A DNA stretch of 53,979 nt from IMG/VR virus record IMGVR_UViG_3300032893_000062, positions 1 through 53,979 of that record, one strand, 5' to 3'. This document shows positions 17,251-26,447 of this stretch, piece by piece. The translations under genes were made by a program, and so were the position numbers. Each line of letters begins with the position of its first letter. The first letter of the stretch is position 1. Under the pieces are notes generated by a model. The model made no database searches. It saw only the letters and a program-made list of their open reading frames with translations, and had not been told where the DNA came from. This DNA is from a virus. Lineage: Duplodnaviria; Caudoviricetes.

Positions 17251-17566
17251 CCCCCCACTGAATCAAATAGAGCGAACTGTGCGGAATCAAGTCCGTCAAC
17301 CCGAGAACCGTCAAACCCGTCGACCCCGAGGTGTCGAGGACGATCCCGTAATCGGTGAACCCCGTCCAATCGATGACGTCGGGGATGCACCCGAACTGCC
17401 GGACTTCCCCCGACGGGAGCGTGGCCCAGCCATTCCAGACGCCGTTCAGCCACGAGAATTGAAAGGTGAAGTGCCCCAGCGGCGGGTCCGCTGAGAACGT
17501 GAAGTTCACCGTCCCGGGGTCCACGTTCGGATAGCTTATCAGGTAGGACTTGGAGATCGACCGCAT
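17243..17566 (-). CDS. Small baseplate protein
   Basis: FTFQFSWLNGVW pattern; synteny. Confidence 0.55.
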   Translation of the reverse strand: MRSISKSYLISYPNVDPGTVNFTFSADPPLGHFTFQFSWLNGVWNGWATLPSGEVRQFGCIPDVIDWTGFTDYGIVLDTSGSTGLTVLGLTDLIPHSSLYLIQWGVD

Positions 17567-18162
17567 CACGGGACCCCCGCCGCGGAGGGGATCGCCGCCG
17601 CATTCGAAGGCGTCGAACCGTAAGAGGCAGGCGCCCCTCCCGTCTGCCCTGGAGTCGGAGAGGAGTTCGCCTGGTCGACGGGAGTCGACGCCTGCGTCCC
17701 TATCTCCGCCTTGAGGATCGTGATCTCCACGAGCGAGAGGCGGATCGGGACTCGATTCGCGACCGCTGGGTCGTGCGAGTACTGGAAGCGGGAGATCATC
17801 ACTTGGTAGAGGCGGGAGGAAGGGTCGACGAGCGTCGTCGTCTGCCGCGAGTTGAAGATCCCATCCAGCGCAGTCGTCATCAGAAACAAAGAAGGCATGT
17901 ACTGCGAGGAGAGCTCCACGGGGAACCCTCCGATGTATCCCTCGATCTCCCACGTGCGCGGTCCGGGGGCGACGTTGTCCATCACGTTCTGAAGTCCCTG
18001 CTGAAGGTTGATCAGGACATGTCGCGAAACCTCCGCCTCCATCACGCAGTCGAAGCGCGATGCCTCTATCGGGACGAGTCCGACGATCGGCTGCGTTATG
18101 AACCGCCGGACGAGGTTGACCGCCACAGGGTCGAGGATGGAGACGAGAGTCTGCAGACTCAT
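17566..18162 (-). CDS. Tail tube initiator / Dit-like baseplate protein
   Basis: EVSRH...DNVAPGPRTWEIEGYI; follows tape measure. Confidence 0.6.
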   Translation of the reverse strand: MSLQTLVSILDPVAVNLVRRFITQPIVGLVPIEASRFDCVMEAEVSRHVLINLQQGLQNVMDNVAPGPRTWEIEGYIGGFPVELSSQYMPSLFLMTTALDGIFNSRQTTTLVDPSSRLYQVMISRFQYSHDPAVANRVPIRLSLVEITILKAEIGTQASTPVDQANSSPTPGQTGGAPASYGSTPSNAAAIPSAAGVP

Positions 18163-19214
18163 CGCTGCTGCCCCACAATGTCAGCCGCCTTGTGAAGTTC
18201 CTGAATCCCCGTAGGAGTCACCTTCACCCCGCCCTGTGTCTTGTTCTCGATAGTCAGCGTTCCGTGCGGCCCTGCTATGACCTGGCGAAGCTCTTCCAGA
18301 GTGTCCTTCCAATACGCTGCAGTCCACGGCATCGCACCGGGGTGCGCCACCGCGGAGGAATACTTCAAGTTTCCGGTCGTTATGGCTTGAATCGGACCGG
18401 CCGCGCTGATCAGCAGAGATGCCGCCAGCTTCGACATGGCGTCGATCATAGCACTGATTTCATCATGATTATGCTCGAGCCAATCGTTCAAACGCTTCAG
18501 TTCCGGCGCCAAGTCCGCAATGACCTTAGAAGAGAAGGCTTCCCACATCCCCTGAAACCGCGTCCCTGTCTCACGCAGCTGCCCCATACCCGCCAGAGCC
18601 CCCGCTCGGTTCGGACCGTAGATCCCCTTCGCGGCTTCGGCCCTCATCTGGTCTATGCTCCGACCCGTCGCCCGAGAGTACAGCACCGTGTTGAGTGCGT
18701 CTGGACCGAGCAGCTGCAGGATCAGATCGTTTGCGAGGTTAGGATTCTTGGCGTTGCGGGCGGCGTTCATCAGCGTGCGGACTTGCTGGTCTTGCGTCAT
18801 GTTGACCAGGTCTCCAGGGTTGACGCCGAGCTGCGCAATGTTCTGGAAGAACTTCGTCCCCGGGTCCATCCCCTCCTCTTTCATCCGGACGAGGTTCTGA
18901 TGAAGGCTCTTGATCGAGTCGATGAACGCACTCGCGTTCCCCCCCGCCTCGGTGACCGCCGAGCTCCAAGTCGTAACGGCGTCGGCGTTCATCTGTAGAT
19001 AGTTAGAAGTCAGGAGCAACTGCCCCTGCTTGTTTGCAGCGTCCAGGAGTTTCTTGAAACTGACGGTCACTCCGGCGATCCCTAGCCCGATCTTGACCAG
19101 CCGGGCCAGCTCGTCGCCGACCCCTTTGATGCTCCCGACTCCTCGTTGGAATGACGCCTGATCGGCGTTCAGCTTGAGGGATGCAAAAAAACCGCCTACG
19201 TTCTCGTCAGCCAT
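18159..19214 (-). CDS. Short tape measure protein
   Basis: Helical Ala-rich protein starting GFFASLKL..D; directly after the chaperone pair. Confidence 0.7.
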   Translation of the reverse strand: MADENVGGFFASLKLNADQASFQRGVGSIKGVGDELARLVKIGLGIAGVTVSFKKLLDAANKQGQLLLTSNYLQMNADAVTTWSSAVTEAGGNASAFIDSIKSLHQNLVRMKEEGMDPGTKFFQNIAQLGVNPGDLVNMTQDQQVRTLMNAARNAKNPNLANDLILQLLGPDALNTVLYSRATGRSIDQMRAEAAKGIYGPNRAGALAGMGQLRETGTRFQGMWEAFSSKVIADLAPELKRLNDWLEHNHDEISAMIDAMSKLAASLLISAAGPIQAITTGNLKYSSAVAHPGAMPWTAAYWKDTLEELRQVIAGPHGTLTIENKTQGGVKVTPTGIQELHKAADIVGQQR

Positions 19215-19344
19215 CGCGTCCCTGCTCCATCAGGGCGTCGGTCGCAGCGTTCTCCGCCGCTATGTTCCGAAGTCCGTCGAAGAGGTCGTCGACGTCGAAG
19301 GGTTCCCGATGGTACGTGGCGACGAACCGGTAGTAGCCAAACAT
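19207..19344 (-). CDS. Small tail assembly chaperone partner, 45 aa; not in the ORF track
   Basis: MFGYYRFVATYHREPFDVDDLFDGL...; TGATG coupling to the upstream gene. Confidence 0.5.
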   Translation of the reverse strand: MFGYYRFVATYHREPFDVDDLFDGLRNIAAENAATDALMEQGRDG

Positions 19345-19802
19345 CAGCTCCCCCCTGACCTCTCTGCGGATTGCCTTTGCGACCCTGGAGTCCCGTTCGG
19401 AGTTGCCGCCGCCGGCGGATCGCTTTCGGCCCGCGGCGGCAAGTATTTTTCCACTATCTTTCGGGAGCAGACTTCCAGCAAAAGGCTGTACGCCGCAGGA
19501 TGCTTCCGCAGCACCTCCTGGTCGTCGAATCGATTCGTCATGTCGTTCAACTGGAAGTTGCCGATCTTCTGCCCTTTGTAGAGGACGGTCACCGGCTTTC
19601 CGACCAACGACAGCTTGGCGACCTTCTCCTTCATCTCCACGGAGTCAGCGCCGTTCCCCATCTCGGCGATGTAGCGCATCTGCTCCAAAAGCGGCACGTC
19701 GTTGAACGATTCCATCTCGACGGCGTAATCCTGGAGGAAATCCTTGTTCAAGTTGTTGAGCCGTTTCCTGATCGAGATCAGGAAGTCCATCGTGTAACGC
19801 AT
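19344..19802 (-). CDS. Tail assembly chaperone
   Basis: Position between tube and tape measure. Confidence 0.55.
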   Translation of the reverse strand: MRYTMDFLISIRKRLNNLNKDFLQDYAVEMESFNDVPLLEQMRYIAEMGNGADSVEMKEKVAKLSLVGKPVTVLYKGQKIGNFQLNDMTNRFDDQEVLRKHPAAYSLLLEVCSRKIVEKYLPPRAESDPPAAATPNGTPGSQRQSAERSGGS

Positions 19803-19854
19803 GTCGGCACTCTCTCCTTGTACCGGCGGCCCTTGCGACCGCTTGCCGTTCTTC

Positions 19855-20316
19855 CTACTGCCAGTCGGCGAAGGCGATCTGGACGTCGTACTCCGCCACG
19901 TCGGTCCCTTGGATGTGGAGCGGCTTGCACCGCTTCACCGTCGTTGTGGTGAACGTCCTCCGCTGTATGACGCCGTTCTGGCTCCACGACGCCGTAAGGG
20001 TCCCCCCGATGTTGTCCCCCGACTGCTGCAGCTGCTGGCAGCAAGCGACGATGTCGCCGTTTGCAACAACTCCCGTGGTCCTCACGGCGTTGAACCGCAG
20101 CGTCCCCGCCCTGACCGTGTTGGTGATCATCACCACCACCCCGCCAATCAGAGGAACGACGCGGGCGTTGTCCATCTCCTGGTCGCTGTCGACGATGTCT
20201 CCGTTGACCTTGAACCCGACCAGCGAGATCGAGTTCCCGTCGTTCAGAAGCGGATGGATCCACTGGAGGGAAAAGTCGCCTACTGTCTGAAGCTGCGATA
20301 TGGCTGGATTGGCCAC
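19855..20316 (-). CDS. Tail tube protein
   Basis: 153-aa beta-rich ORF after the sheath; AGTLRFN motif. Confidence 0.7.
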   Translation of the reverse strand: MANPAISQLQTVGDFSLQWIHPLLNDGNSISLVGFKVNGDIVDSDQEMDNARVVPLIGGVVVMITNTVRAGTLRFNAVRTTGVVANGDIVACCQQLQQSGDNIGGTLTASWSQNGVIQRRTFTTTTVKRCKPLHIQGTDVAEYDVQIAFADWQ

Positions 20317-20331
20317 GCCTCTACCCTCCCT

Positions 20332-21486
20332 TTACGCCTTGATGTACAGCGTCCCGTAGATGATCGACTGCCGAAGGTTGTCGACGTACGTCGCCGACCA
20401 CGCGTTCGGCACCACTATCACCCCGCCAGCCTCTGCCGGGAGCTTGTTGAACGGCGGCGCCGTGATGTCGGCCCCCGCCACGCCGTTCGACTTCATCAGA
20501 CGGCCGATCCCGCCGAAGAGGTTCAGCTGCGTGGTCAGGATGTTCAGGACCCCCTGATAGGTGTCGTTGTTGTTGAACCCGCTCTGCGCCGTCGCCGTGA
20601 TGTAGGAGGCCGTCAACTGCGAGGCGACGGTGTCGATGTAGTTCACCAGCCACGTGGCACCGATCAGCGTCTTCGAGATCATCGTCGTCCACTTCTCTGC
20701 GGCGACGTTCCCGCTCCCGTCCCCGACGTAGGTGAAGAAGCAGATCCCGCTCCCCTGCGCGTACCCGTACTGCGTGGCGGTCAGGTTCACCGGGCCAGTA
20801 GCGCTCGACCCGCTCGGCCCGAACGCGTTTCCGATCGCGAGGAAGTCCGTCTTGTTCCCGACCGGCGTCCCCGTATCGTTTACGGTCGCCAGCGTCGCCC
20901 CAAGCTGAACGAGCGCTGGGTTGTACGCCGGATTCCAGTGGTAGATGAACGGCACGTCGAGCGACTTCGACTTGAACCAGTTCGCCTCCGTGCCCACGGC
21001 CCCCGTCAAGAAGGTCCCGTCGTTCGACCCGAAGATGAACTGCGAGAGTGGGTCCGAGGCGGAAAGTGATGCCAGCTGCTGGTTCGCCTGCTGCTTGTAC
21101 GCCGAGCTGTAGGCGAGTTTCCAGTACCCGTACTGGTTGAAGATGGCGTACTGGGACCCGAGGTCCACGGAGGTAGAGCCGCTCCCCGAGAAACTCCCGT
21201 TCGTGAACGTCGCCAGATAGACGATGGACGCCTGGTTCGCAGCGACGGAGTAGAACCCAGTCATCCACGCGAGCATCGAACCCGTTAGAAGCGTCTTGTA
21301 CGTCGTCGCTGTGATCGTCGTGATGGTGTCCATCGCCGGAGCAGCCGAGAAGTTGGCCGCTGCGTCCGCACTGTCGATGAAGACCTCGACGGCGTAGAAG
21401 TTCGCCCCCGGCGTCGTCTGGAGGACGACGGTCGTGACGAACAGAATGTACTTCTGCGCTATCGACCCCACGTAATCATACGTCAT
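20332..21486 (-). CDS. Tail sheath protein (DUF3383-like)
   Basis: IGATWLVNYI...Y...LRQSIIYGTL C-terminal sheath-like pattern; synteny. Confidence 0.65.
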   Translation of the reverse strand: MTYDYVGSIAQKYILFVTTVVLQTTPGANFYAVEVFIDSADAAANFSAAPAMDTITTITATTYKTLLTGSMLAWMTGFYSVAANQASIVYLATFTNGSFSGSGSTSVDLGSQYAIFNQYGYWKLAYSSAYKQQANQQLASLSASDPLSQFIFGSNDGTFLTGAVGTEANWFKSKSLDVPFIYHWNPAYNPALVQLGATLATVNDTGTPVGNKTDFLAIGNAFGPSGSSATGPVNLTATQYGYAQGSGICFFTYVGDGSGNVAAEKWTTMISKTLIGATWLVNYIDTVASQLTASYITATAQSGFNNNDTYQGVLNILTTQLNLFGGIGRLMKSNGVAGADITAPPFNKLPAEAGGVIVVPNAWSATYVDNLRQSIIYGTLYIKA

Positions 21487-21499
21487 TCCCCGCCCTCCC

Positions 21500-22030
21500 C
21501 TACTTCACCCCGACCACCTGACCCTCGAACTCAAAGTCCGGGATCGGGTAGGTCTGCCCCGAGTCTATCTCGTCGGCGTAGACGACCTCTATCCTGACGT
21601 TGTACGCGAGGACGGTGTTCGCCCCCTGCTGATCGAAGTCCGTCACCGTGACCGCTCCGGAGGAAGCCATCAAGCGCCCGTCGTACGCCGCCCAAGCGTC
21701 CTGGACGGCGCTGTTGTGCAGCCAGTGAACGACGCTGTTCGCCAAGTCCTCCGCTACGTCACCGACGAATTGCAGCGAGATCGACGCGATCTTGTGCGCC
21801 ACCGACCAGTTCGTCTCGGTGTCCAACGCGACGAAATGCGGCGTCGTGACGGGTCGCGTCCCGTCGATCCGGAAAGCGCACCACGTCTTCGGCTTCCCGG
21901 GGTAGTTCTCCCCGCCTGTCGGCTGAAACCAGTTCCCCTGCCGCGGAACGACGTACGCTGGGTCCACGCCGAGGATCGCTGAAAGCGTAGCCTGAAGGTT
22001 TGCGGCATTCAGTCTCACGCTTCCCTCCAC
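21500..22030 (-). CDS. Neck or tail terminator protein
   Basis: ISLQFVG..AEDLA; upstream of the sheath. Confidence 0.6.
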   Translation of the reverse strand: MEGSVRLNAANLQATLSAILGVDPAYVVPRQGNWFQPTGGENYPGKPKTWCAFRIDGTRPVTTPHFVALDTETNWSVAHKIASISLQFVGDVAEDLANSVVHWLHNSAVQDAWAAYDGRLMASSGAVTVTDFDQQGANTVLAYNVRIEVVYADEIDSGQTYPIPDFEFEGQVVGVK

Positions 22031-22320
22031 ACGCCGTGCTCAAGGTAGCCGTGCCAATACCGTTCTTTCCAGTCTGGCGTATGCCCGTGGTGACCTATCG
22101 ATGGTGAGAAGGTCGCCGTCCCATCCTCATGCTCCACAGGTGAATGATTCGTGAGATCGCTCATGTCCATGTCATTCATTCCCTCGTCGGGGACGCGAGC
22201 AAACCACCGAAACGAACCGTCAGCCATAGGAGCCTTGACGTAGTCGCCGCGTTCGAGATGGAACGTTCCGTCGGGATTGGGCTGCACCCGTCGCCCCTGC
22301 GTGATCTGTCCTGCGCTCAC
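22015..22320 (-). CDS. Hypothetical protein (DUF6527-like)
   Basis: TFSPSI...WHGYLEHGVW motif. Confidence 0.5.
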   Translation of the reverse strand: MSAGQITQGRRVQPNPDGTFHLERGDYVKAPMADGSFRWFARVPDEGMNDMDMSDLTNHSPVEHEDGTATFSPSIGHHGHTPDWKERYWHGYLEHGVWREA

Positions 22321-22715
22321 GCTATCACCGCCCCGCCGCCCTGCTGGAAGGCTGGTTCCACAGTCTCGGTGCCATCGTTCCCGACCACGCGCTCGCAATC
22401 ATAGACCGTGAACCCAGCTTCGTTCGTCCAAGAATTGTCGGGGAGTCCTATCCGGTAGACGTACTGCCCGTCGTCGATGAACCACCCGACCTGCAGCGTC
22501 TCCGAGGTCCAGAACCGCATCTGCCGTTCGATGACGAGATTCCCGTGCCGGTCGACCACCCTTCGGCCCCCCGTGCACTGAAAGACCCCGGAGAAGTTTT
22601 TCATATCGGTCCTCGGTCCGAAACCGCTCCCCTGGACGGGTTGCATGTTGAAGTACTGAACCTGGACCTTCGCTTCGGGGAACATCGTCAGCATAGAACC
22701 GAGGGAGCCGTTCAT
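22317..22715 (-). CDS. Head closure / head-tail joining protein
   Basis: Size and synteny. Confidence 0.5.
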   Translation of the reverse strand: MNGSLGSMLTMFPEAKVQVQYFNMQPVQGSGFGPRTDMKNFSGVFQCTGGRRVVDRHGNLVIERQMRFWTSETLQVGWFIDDGQYVYRIGLPDNSWTNEAGFTVYDCERVVGNDGTETVEPAFQQGGGAVIA

Positions 22716-23209
22716 CCGAGCGAGACCTCCCGCTCTTTGACCTTCGAGGGGCCGCCGCGGACAACGTACGTCGTCGAGTTGACGAGGAACCCCGTGTCGA
22801 TGAGCGGCGTGTCACTCCCCTTCCGCGCGATGGTCCTCGGTGCGTTCGGTTGCGCCGACTTGTAGTAGTCGCTTCGAACGAACCGCTGGACCGCCCCGAC
22901 CAAAAACGCCCCGATCCCCGCCAGAGAGTACTGACCTTCCGGCTCTCGGTTCTCCTTGATCCGCTTCTGGATCGTCAGCTTGATCATGTTGCGGAGCTCG
23001 GTCCTGACCTCGGCGATCGCCTGGTAGAGGAACGGCCGAGCGGGGATCCTCCTCGACCCGAAGTGCAGGAGCCGTGCGAGGTCGGAGTTCTGGATCTCGG
23101 TCCCCGGATGCGACACGCCGTCCGGATACCCGACCAAGATCTCATCGTCCCTGACCAACCGATGAATCTTCTCCACGTCGACCTTCCCGCCGACCCCGAT
23201 GTCGATCAT
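22712..23209 (-). CDS. Neck / virion morphogenesis protein
   Basis: HFGSRRIPARPFL...PNAPRTIARKGSDTPLIDTG. Confidence 0.8.
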   Translation of the reverse strand: MIDIGVGGKVDVEKIHRLVRDDEILVGYPDGVSHPGTEIQNSDLARLLHFGSRRIPARPFLYQAIAEVRTELRNMIKLTIQKRIKENREPEGQYSLAGIGAFLVGAVQRFVRSDYYKSAQPNAPRTIARKGSDTPLIDTGFLVNSTTYVVRGGPSKVKEREVSLG

Positions 23210-23664
23210 CACATCCCCCATCCGGGGAATCCGAAGAACCCCGGGGAAGAAGCCAGGGAGTTCGTCCTCCCGTAGAGCCGATAGCGTTCGGGGGCACCCA
23301 TGATCATCGAGAGGGCCTTCACGCCGAAAGCGTTCGACTCCAGCTGCTTCAGAGCGGGTTGCGCCTCCAAGTCTTTTCGAGCGATCGAAACCCCTCCGAT
23401 GGACTTCGAAGTCAGCGGCATCCCGCCGTCCCCGGACACTCCGACCACCTTGTCGGGGTACATGTCCGCAAGCCACCAGCCGACCAGATATCCTTCAAGG
23501 TTCGCTTGGTGCCCCGGCTTGCTCTGGTAGAGCTGAAAGATCCCCGGCCACTCGGTCTCGATTGCGGCGCACGCAGCGTCGATCACGGGGGCCGTCATCC
23601 CGTCCGTCGAGTAGAGCGTCGGGAAAGCGGTCTTGATGAACGCCGGGACAGAGGTGTGATCCAC
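23209..23664 (-). CDS. Head-tail adaptor (DUF4054-like)
   Basis: FIKTAFP...YLVGWWL...TSKSIGGVSI...LESNAFG. Confidence 0.7.
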   Translation of the reverse strand: MDHTSVPAFIKTAFPTLYSTDGMTAPVIDAACAAIETEWPGIFQLYQSKPGHQANLEGYLVGWWLADMYPDKVVGVSGDGGMPLTSKSIGGVSIARKDLEAQPALKQLESNAFGVKALSMIMGAPERYRLYGRTNSLASSPGFFGFPGWGM

Positions 23665-24147
23665 TTACGAAACCCTCGCCTTCGACGGGTCGAAAACTTC
23701 GTTCGCTCCGTCCGAGTCGGCCCTGTCCCCTTCGGGGACCTCGGCTACGGGCTTCGCCCGTTCCGGCTCGTTCGGGGGAGTCTTCCCCGCCTTTCGGAGT
23801 TCGTTTCGAAGCATCGCGACCTCCTGCTCCAGCTTGACGACACGAAGGTTCGAGTTGACGTACCGCTCGGGGATGTGGTCGACCACTTGGTAAAGAACCT
23901 TCCCCCTCCCGTCCTTGAAGACCTCCCCACGATCGTCCTTGACGTAGCCTGCGGCGATCATCTCGTTCGCCATCAGCCGCGCCCACTGCGCGTCGTTCAA
24001 CTCCACGACGGGGGTCATCCCGCGGGCGATCTCGCTCTGGTACATCTTCCCTTTCGGGAGCGTCAGGGCGGGAAGAGGCTTCCCGTCCCGGACAATGGCG
24101 GACATCGAAACCGCATAGTTCGCGTAGCTCAAAAGGAACCTTGTCAT
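23665..24147 (-). CDS. Hypothetical protein, head module
   Basis: AAGGAGGG RBS; synteny. Confidence 0.55.
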   Translation of the reverse strand: MTRFLLSYANYAVSMSAIVRDGKPLPALTLPKGKMYQSEIARGMTPVVELNDAQWARLMANEMIAAGYVKDDRGEVFKDGRGKVLYQVVDHIPERYVNSNLRVVKLEQEVAMLRNELRKAGKTPPNEPERAKPVAEVPEGDRADSDGANEVFDPSKARVS

Positions 24148-24211
24148 TTTCGCCCCTCCTTCCGAGGCCAAGCGGGACGGGAGCATTCCGCCCCCGCCCT
24201 GTAGAGTTTCT

Positions 24212-24433
24212 TCATGTCGGGTAAAAGATGATCGTCGACGGAGCCACCGCCGTGGGCGCTCCGCGAGTCGGCTCGACCATCAACTTCGCGCTGGAGAACG
24301 TCCCCAACGAACGGCCGTGCCCGTCCTTGCATGTGACATCCTGCGACCCGTCGCTTTTCGATGCCACCGAGGAGACCGTCATCGTCCCGCCACCCGACGT
24401 CAACCTAACAACGTTGCCCGCTGCAAACGCCAT
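24212..24433 (-). CDS. YodC/DUF2158-like small protein
   Basis: FAAGNVVRLTSGGGTMTV...VTC; AGGAGAG RBS. Confidence 0.65.
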   Translation of the reverse strand: MAFAAGNVVRLTSGGGTMTVSSVASKSDGSQDVTCKDGHGRSLGTFSSAKLMVEPTRGAPTAVAPSTIIFYPT

Positions 24434-24444
24434 CTGTCTCCTCC

Positions 24445-25869
24445 TTACGTGGTCGAGGACTTGATCCCGAACCCGCTCCACGCAGCGACCGCCGCCTGGA
24501 CGGGGGCGTAAACGCCTGCGACCCGCCGGAGGAACTTGTACTGTGTGTCGTAGCTCCCAGGGATCGTCGGATAGACGAACTCCATCAGCGGGGCGCCGAA
24601 CATCACCATCGGCTGCACCTGCCCTTCGGGGCCGGTCCTCATCCGCGGGGCGATCAGGAGGAAGTAGTCGTACGTCTGCGCGTTGAACGAGGTCGACGGC
24701 GCAAGGAGCGGGTCGATCACGATCTCGACGTTCGGCACGGACCCGTCCTCTTTCTTCCCTGCGATGAAGTTCTCGATCGTCGCCTTCAGAGCGGCGGTCG
24801 GGTTGTACGTGGTCGAATAGGGTGCGGTGAGACGGTTGTAGCACTGCGGCGACATCGCCAGGATCAGCGTCTCGGCCTTGTTGTAGAGCGAGTCCAGGAA
24901 CGGAACGATGATCCCTTGCAACGCGGTGAGCATCGATGCGCCAGGGTTCGTCGAGTTGTTGAGGAAAATCGCGTTCATGCTCGAACCCGAGTACGATGTC
25001 ACCGACGACGGGACCGAGAGAAGTCCGACCGTTTCGGTCGCCGTGTTCCCGTAGTAGACCAGGTAGCTCGTCAGCATGTGCAGGACGTAGTCCGTGTACT
25101 GCTGCTTGAGCGTGACCATCTGCTGCCCGAACGGCGATCCGCTCTGTTCCGCTCGCTTCAGCTCCTCGATCGAGAGGTCGTAGCTTGCCGCCATGTGGAT
25201 GACGGGCGAGACCATGATCCCCGACTGGACGTTAACGTTCGGCGCCATGTTGTTCGAGAGTCCACCCGAGGACTCCAACGTGGCGAAGCCGACGTAGTCC
25301 GCGAGGTTCATGTTCATCACCTCGCACCAGGGCTCTGTCCCGCTTTCGACCTCGACGAGATCGAGGGCATTCGAGTAGAGCAAGGGGGCCTTGAAGATCT
25401 GCTGGAACCACCCGACGTTCCACGGCGAGAGGGCCTGCATCCCGAGGAGGTTCGGAGCGTTGGCGTTGGCGTCCATGACGCTATCGGTCACCGCCCTCCG
25501 CTTCGCAGCGGTCAGGCGGTACTGGCCCTTCACCCCAAGCTTCTCATCCCAAACGAAGCCGGTGTCTACTTTCCCTGGCTCCGTCTTGAAGAGCTCTTTG
25601 ACCTCTTCGGTGGCGAGGATCTGCCGGGCGTCTGCGATGTACTTCGCCTTCCCTCGGTATGCCGCGTCTCCGACGTACGCGGGGCGCATCTTCGCGCGGG
25701 CGGGAACGTCGCAGTGGACGCGGTCCTCCGCCATCCCGACTTCGATCTCAGTCCTCCCGAGCCCGTGCTTGAGACTTGGATTGAGGTCGACGAACTGGCC
25801 GACCCTTTCCATCGCCGCTCCGAGCCGCTTGTCGTAAAGTCGGACGTTGTTGTCGATGAACTTGTCCAT
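24445..25869 (-). CDS. Major capsid protein (DUF2184/HK97-fold-like)
   Basis: YDLSIEEL..A...VYYGN...VGLL, ETLILAM..., RRVAGV; follows the protease and decoration genes; strong RBS. Confidence 0.8.
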   Translation of the reverse strand: MDKFIDNNVRLYDKRLGAAMERVGQFVDLNPSLKHGLGRTEIEVGMAEDRVHCDVPARAKMRPAYVGDAAYRGKAKYIADARQILATEEVKELFKTEPGKVDTGFVWDEKLGVKGQYRLTAAKRRAVTDSVMDANANAPNLLGMQALSPWNVGWFQQIFKAPLLYSNALDLVEVESGTEPWCEVMNMNLADYVGFATLESSGGLSNNMAPNVNVQSGIMVSPVIHMAASYDLSIEELKRAEQSGSPFGQQMVTLKQQYTDYVLHMLTSYLVYYGNTATETVGLLSVPSSVTSYSGSSMNAIFLNNSTNPGASMLTALQGIIVPFLDSLYNKAETLILAMSPQCYNRLTAPYSTTYNPTAALKATIENFIAGKKEDGSVPNVEIVIDPLLAPSTSFNAQTYDYFLLIAPRMRTGPEGQVQPMVMFGAPLMEFVYPTIPGSYDTQYKFLRRVAGVYAPVQAAVAAWSGFGIKSSTT

Positions 25870-25883
25870 ATCGGTGTCCTCCT

Positions 25884-26447
25884 TTACGCTGCCGCCGGAC
25901 CGAGGATGTCGATGTCTACGATCCCGGTGAACTCCTCAACGTTCACCACGATCGCCTGCAGCTGATGATAGCCTGCGGGAACCGTCGTCCCTGCGGGGAG
26001 GAAGTTTATGATCCCCGTCGTGTCCTGGAAACAGACGCGACACCCGGGGATCGGTGCGATCGCCCCCGAGGCGCTCGACCCGTAGGTCGCATACCTCAGC
26101 CTTCCTTTGACAACGACCGTAGCCGGCTGCTCGTTGAACAGGTAGTTCGGCTTCGCCGGATCGTTCTCCCTGACCCCCTGCTCGTTGAGCAGCGGCCCCA
26201 TGATCATGAACCCGGATCCTGTCGGATACCCGACGTAGAACGCCGAGTCGTCGGCCGCCGTCCCGCTGGCAAGGATCGACATGATGGCGCCGAAGATGGC
26301 GCTTCCGCTGACGCTCTGGCTGGCGCCCGCGGAGATGATCCCTCCCTTCGTCTGGAGGAGTCTTGTCGACCCTTCCATGACGGCGGGAACCCCGTTGATC
26401 GCCTGCGAGCCGAAGAACTCGACTGCCAGCGACATGTTACTTTGCAT
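25884..26447 (-). CDS. Capsid decoration / cement protein
   Basis: AIFG...Y...PATVVVKGRL; between protease and capsid. Confidence 0.65.
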   Translation of the reverse strand: MQSNMSLAVEFFGSQAINGVPAVMEGSTRLLQTKGGIISAGASQSVSGSAIFGAIMSILASGTAADDSAFYVGYPTGSGFMIMGPLLNEQGVRENDPAKPNYLFNEQPATVVVKGRLRYATYGSSASGAIAPIPGCRVCFQDTTGIINFLPAGTTVPAGYHQLQAIVVNVEEFTGIVDIDILGPAAA

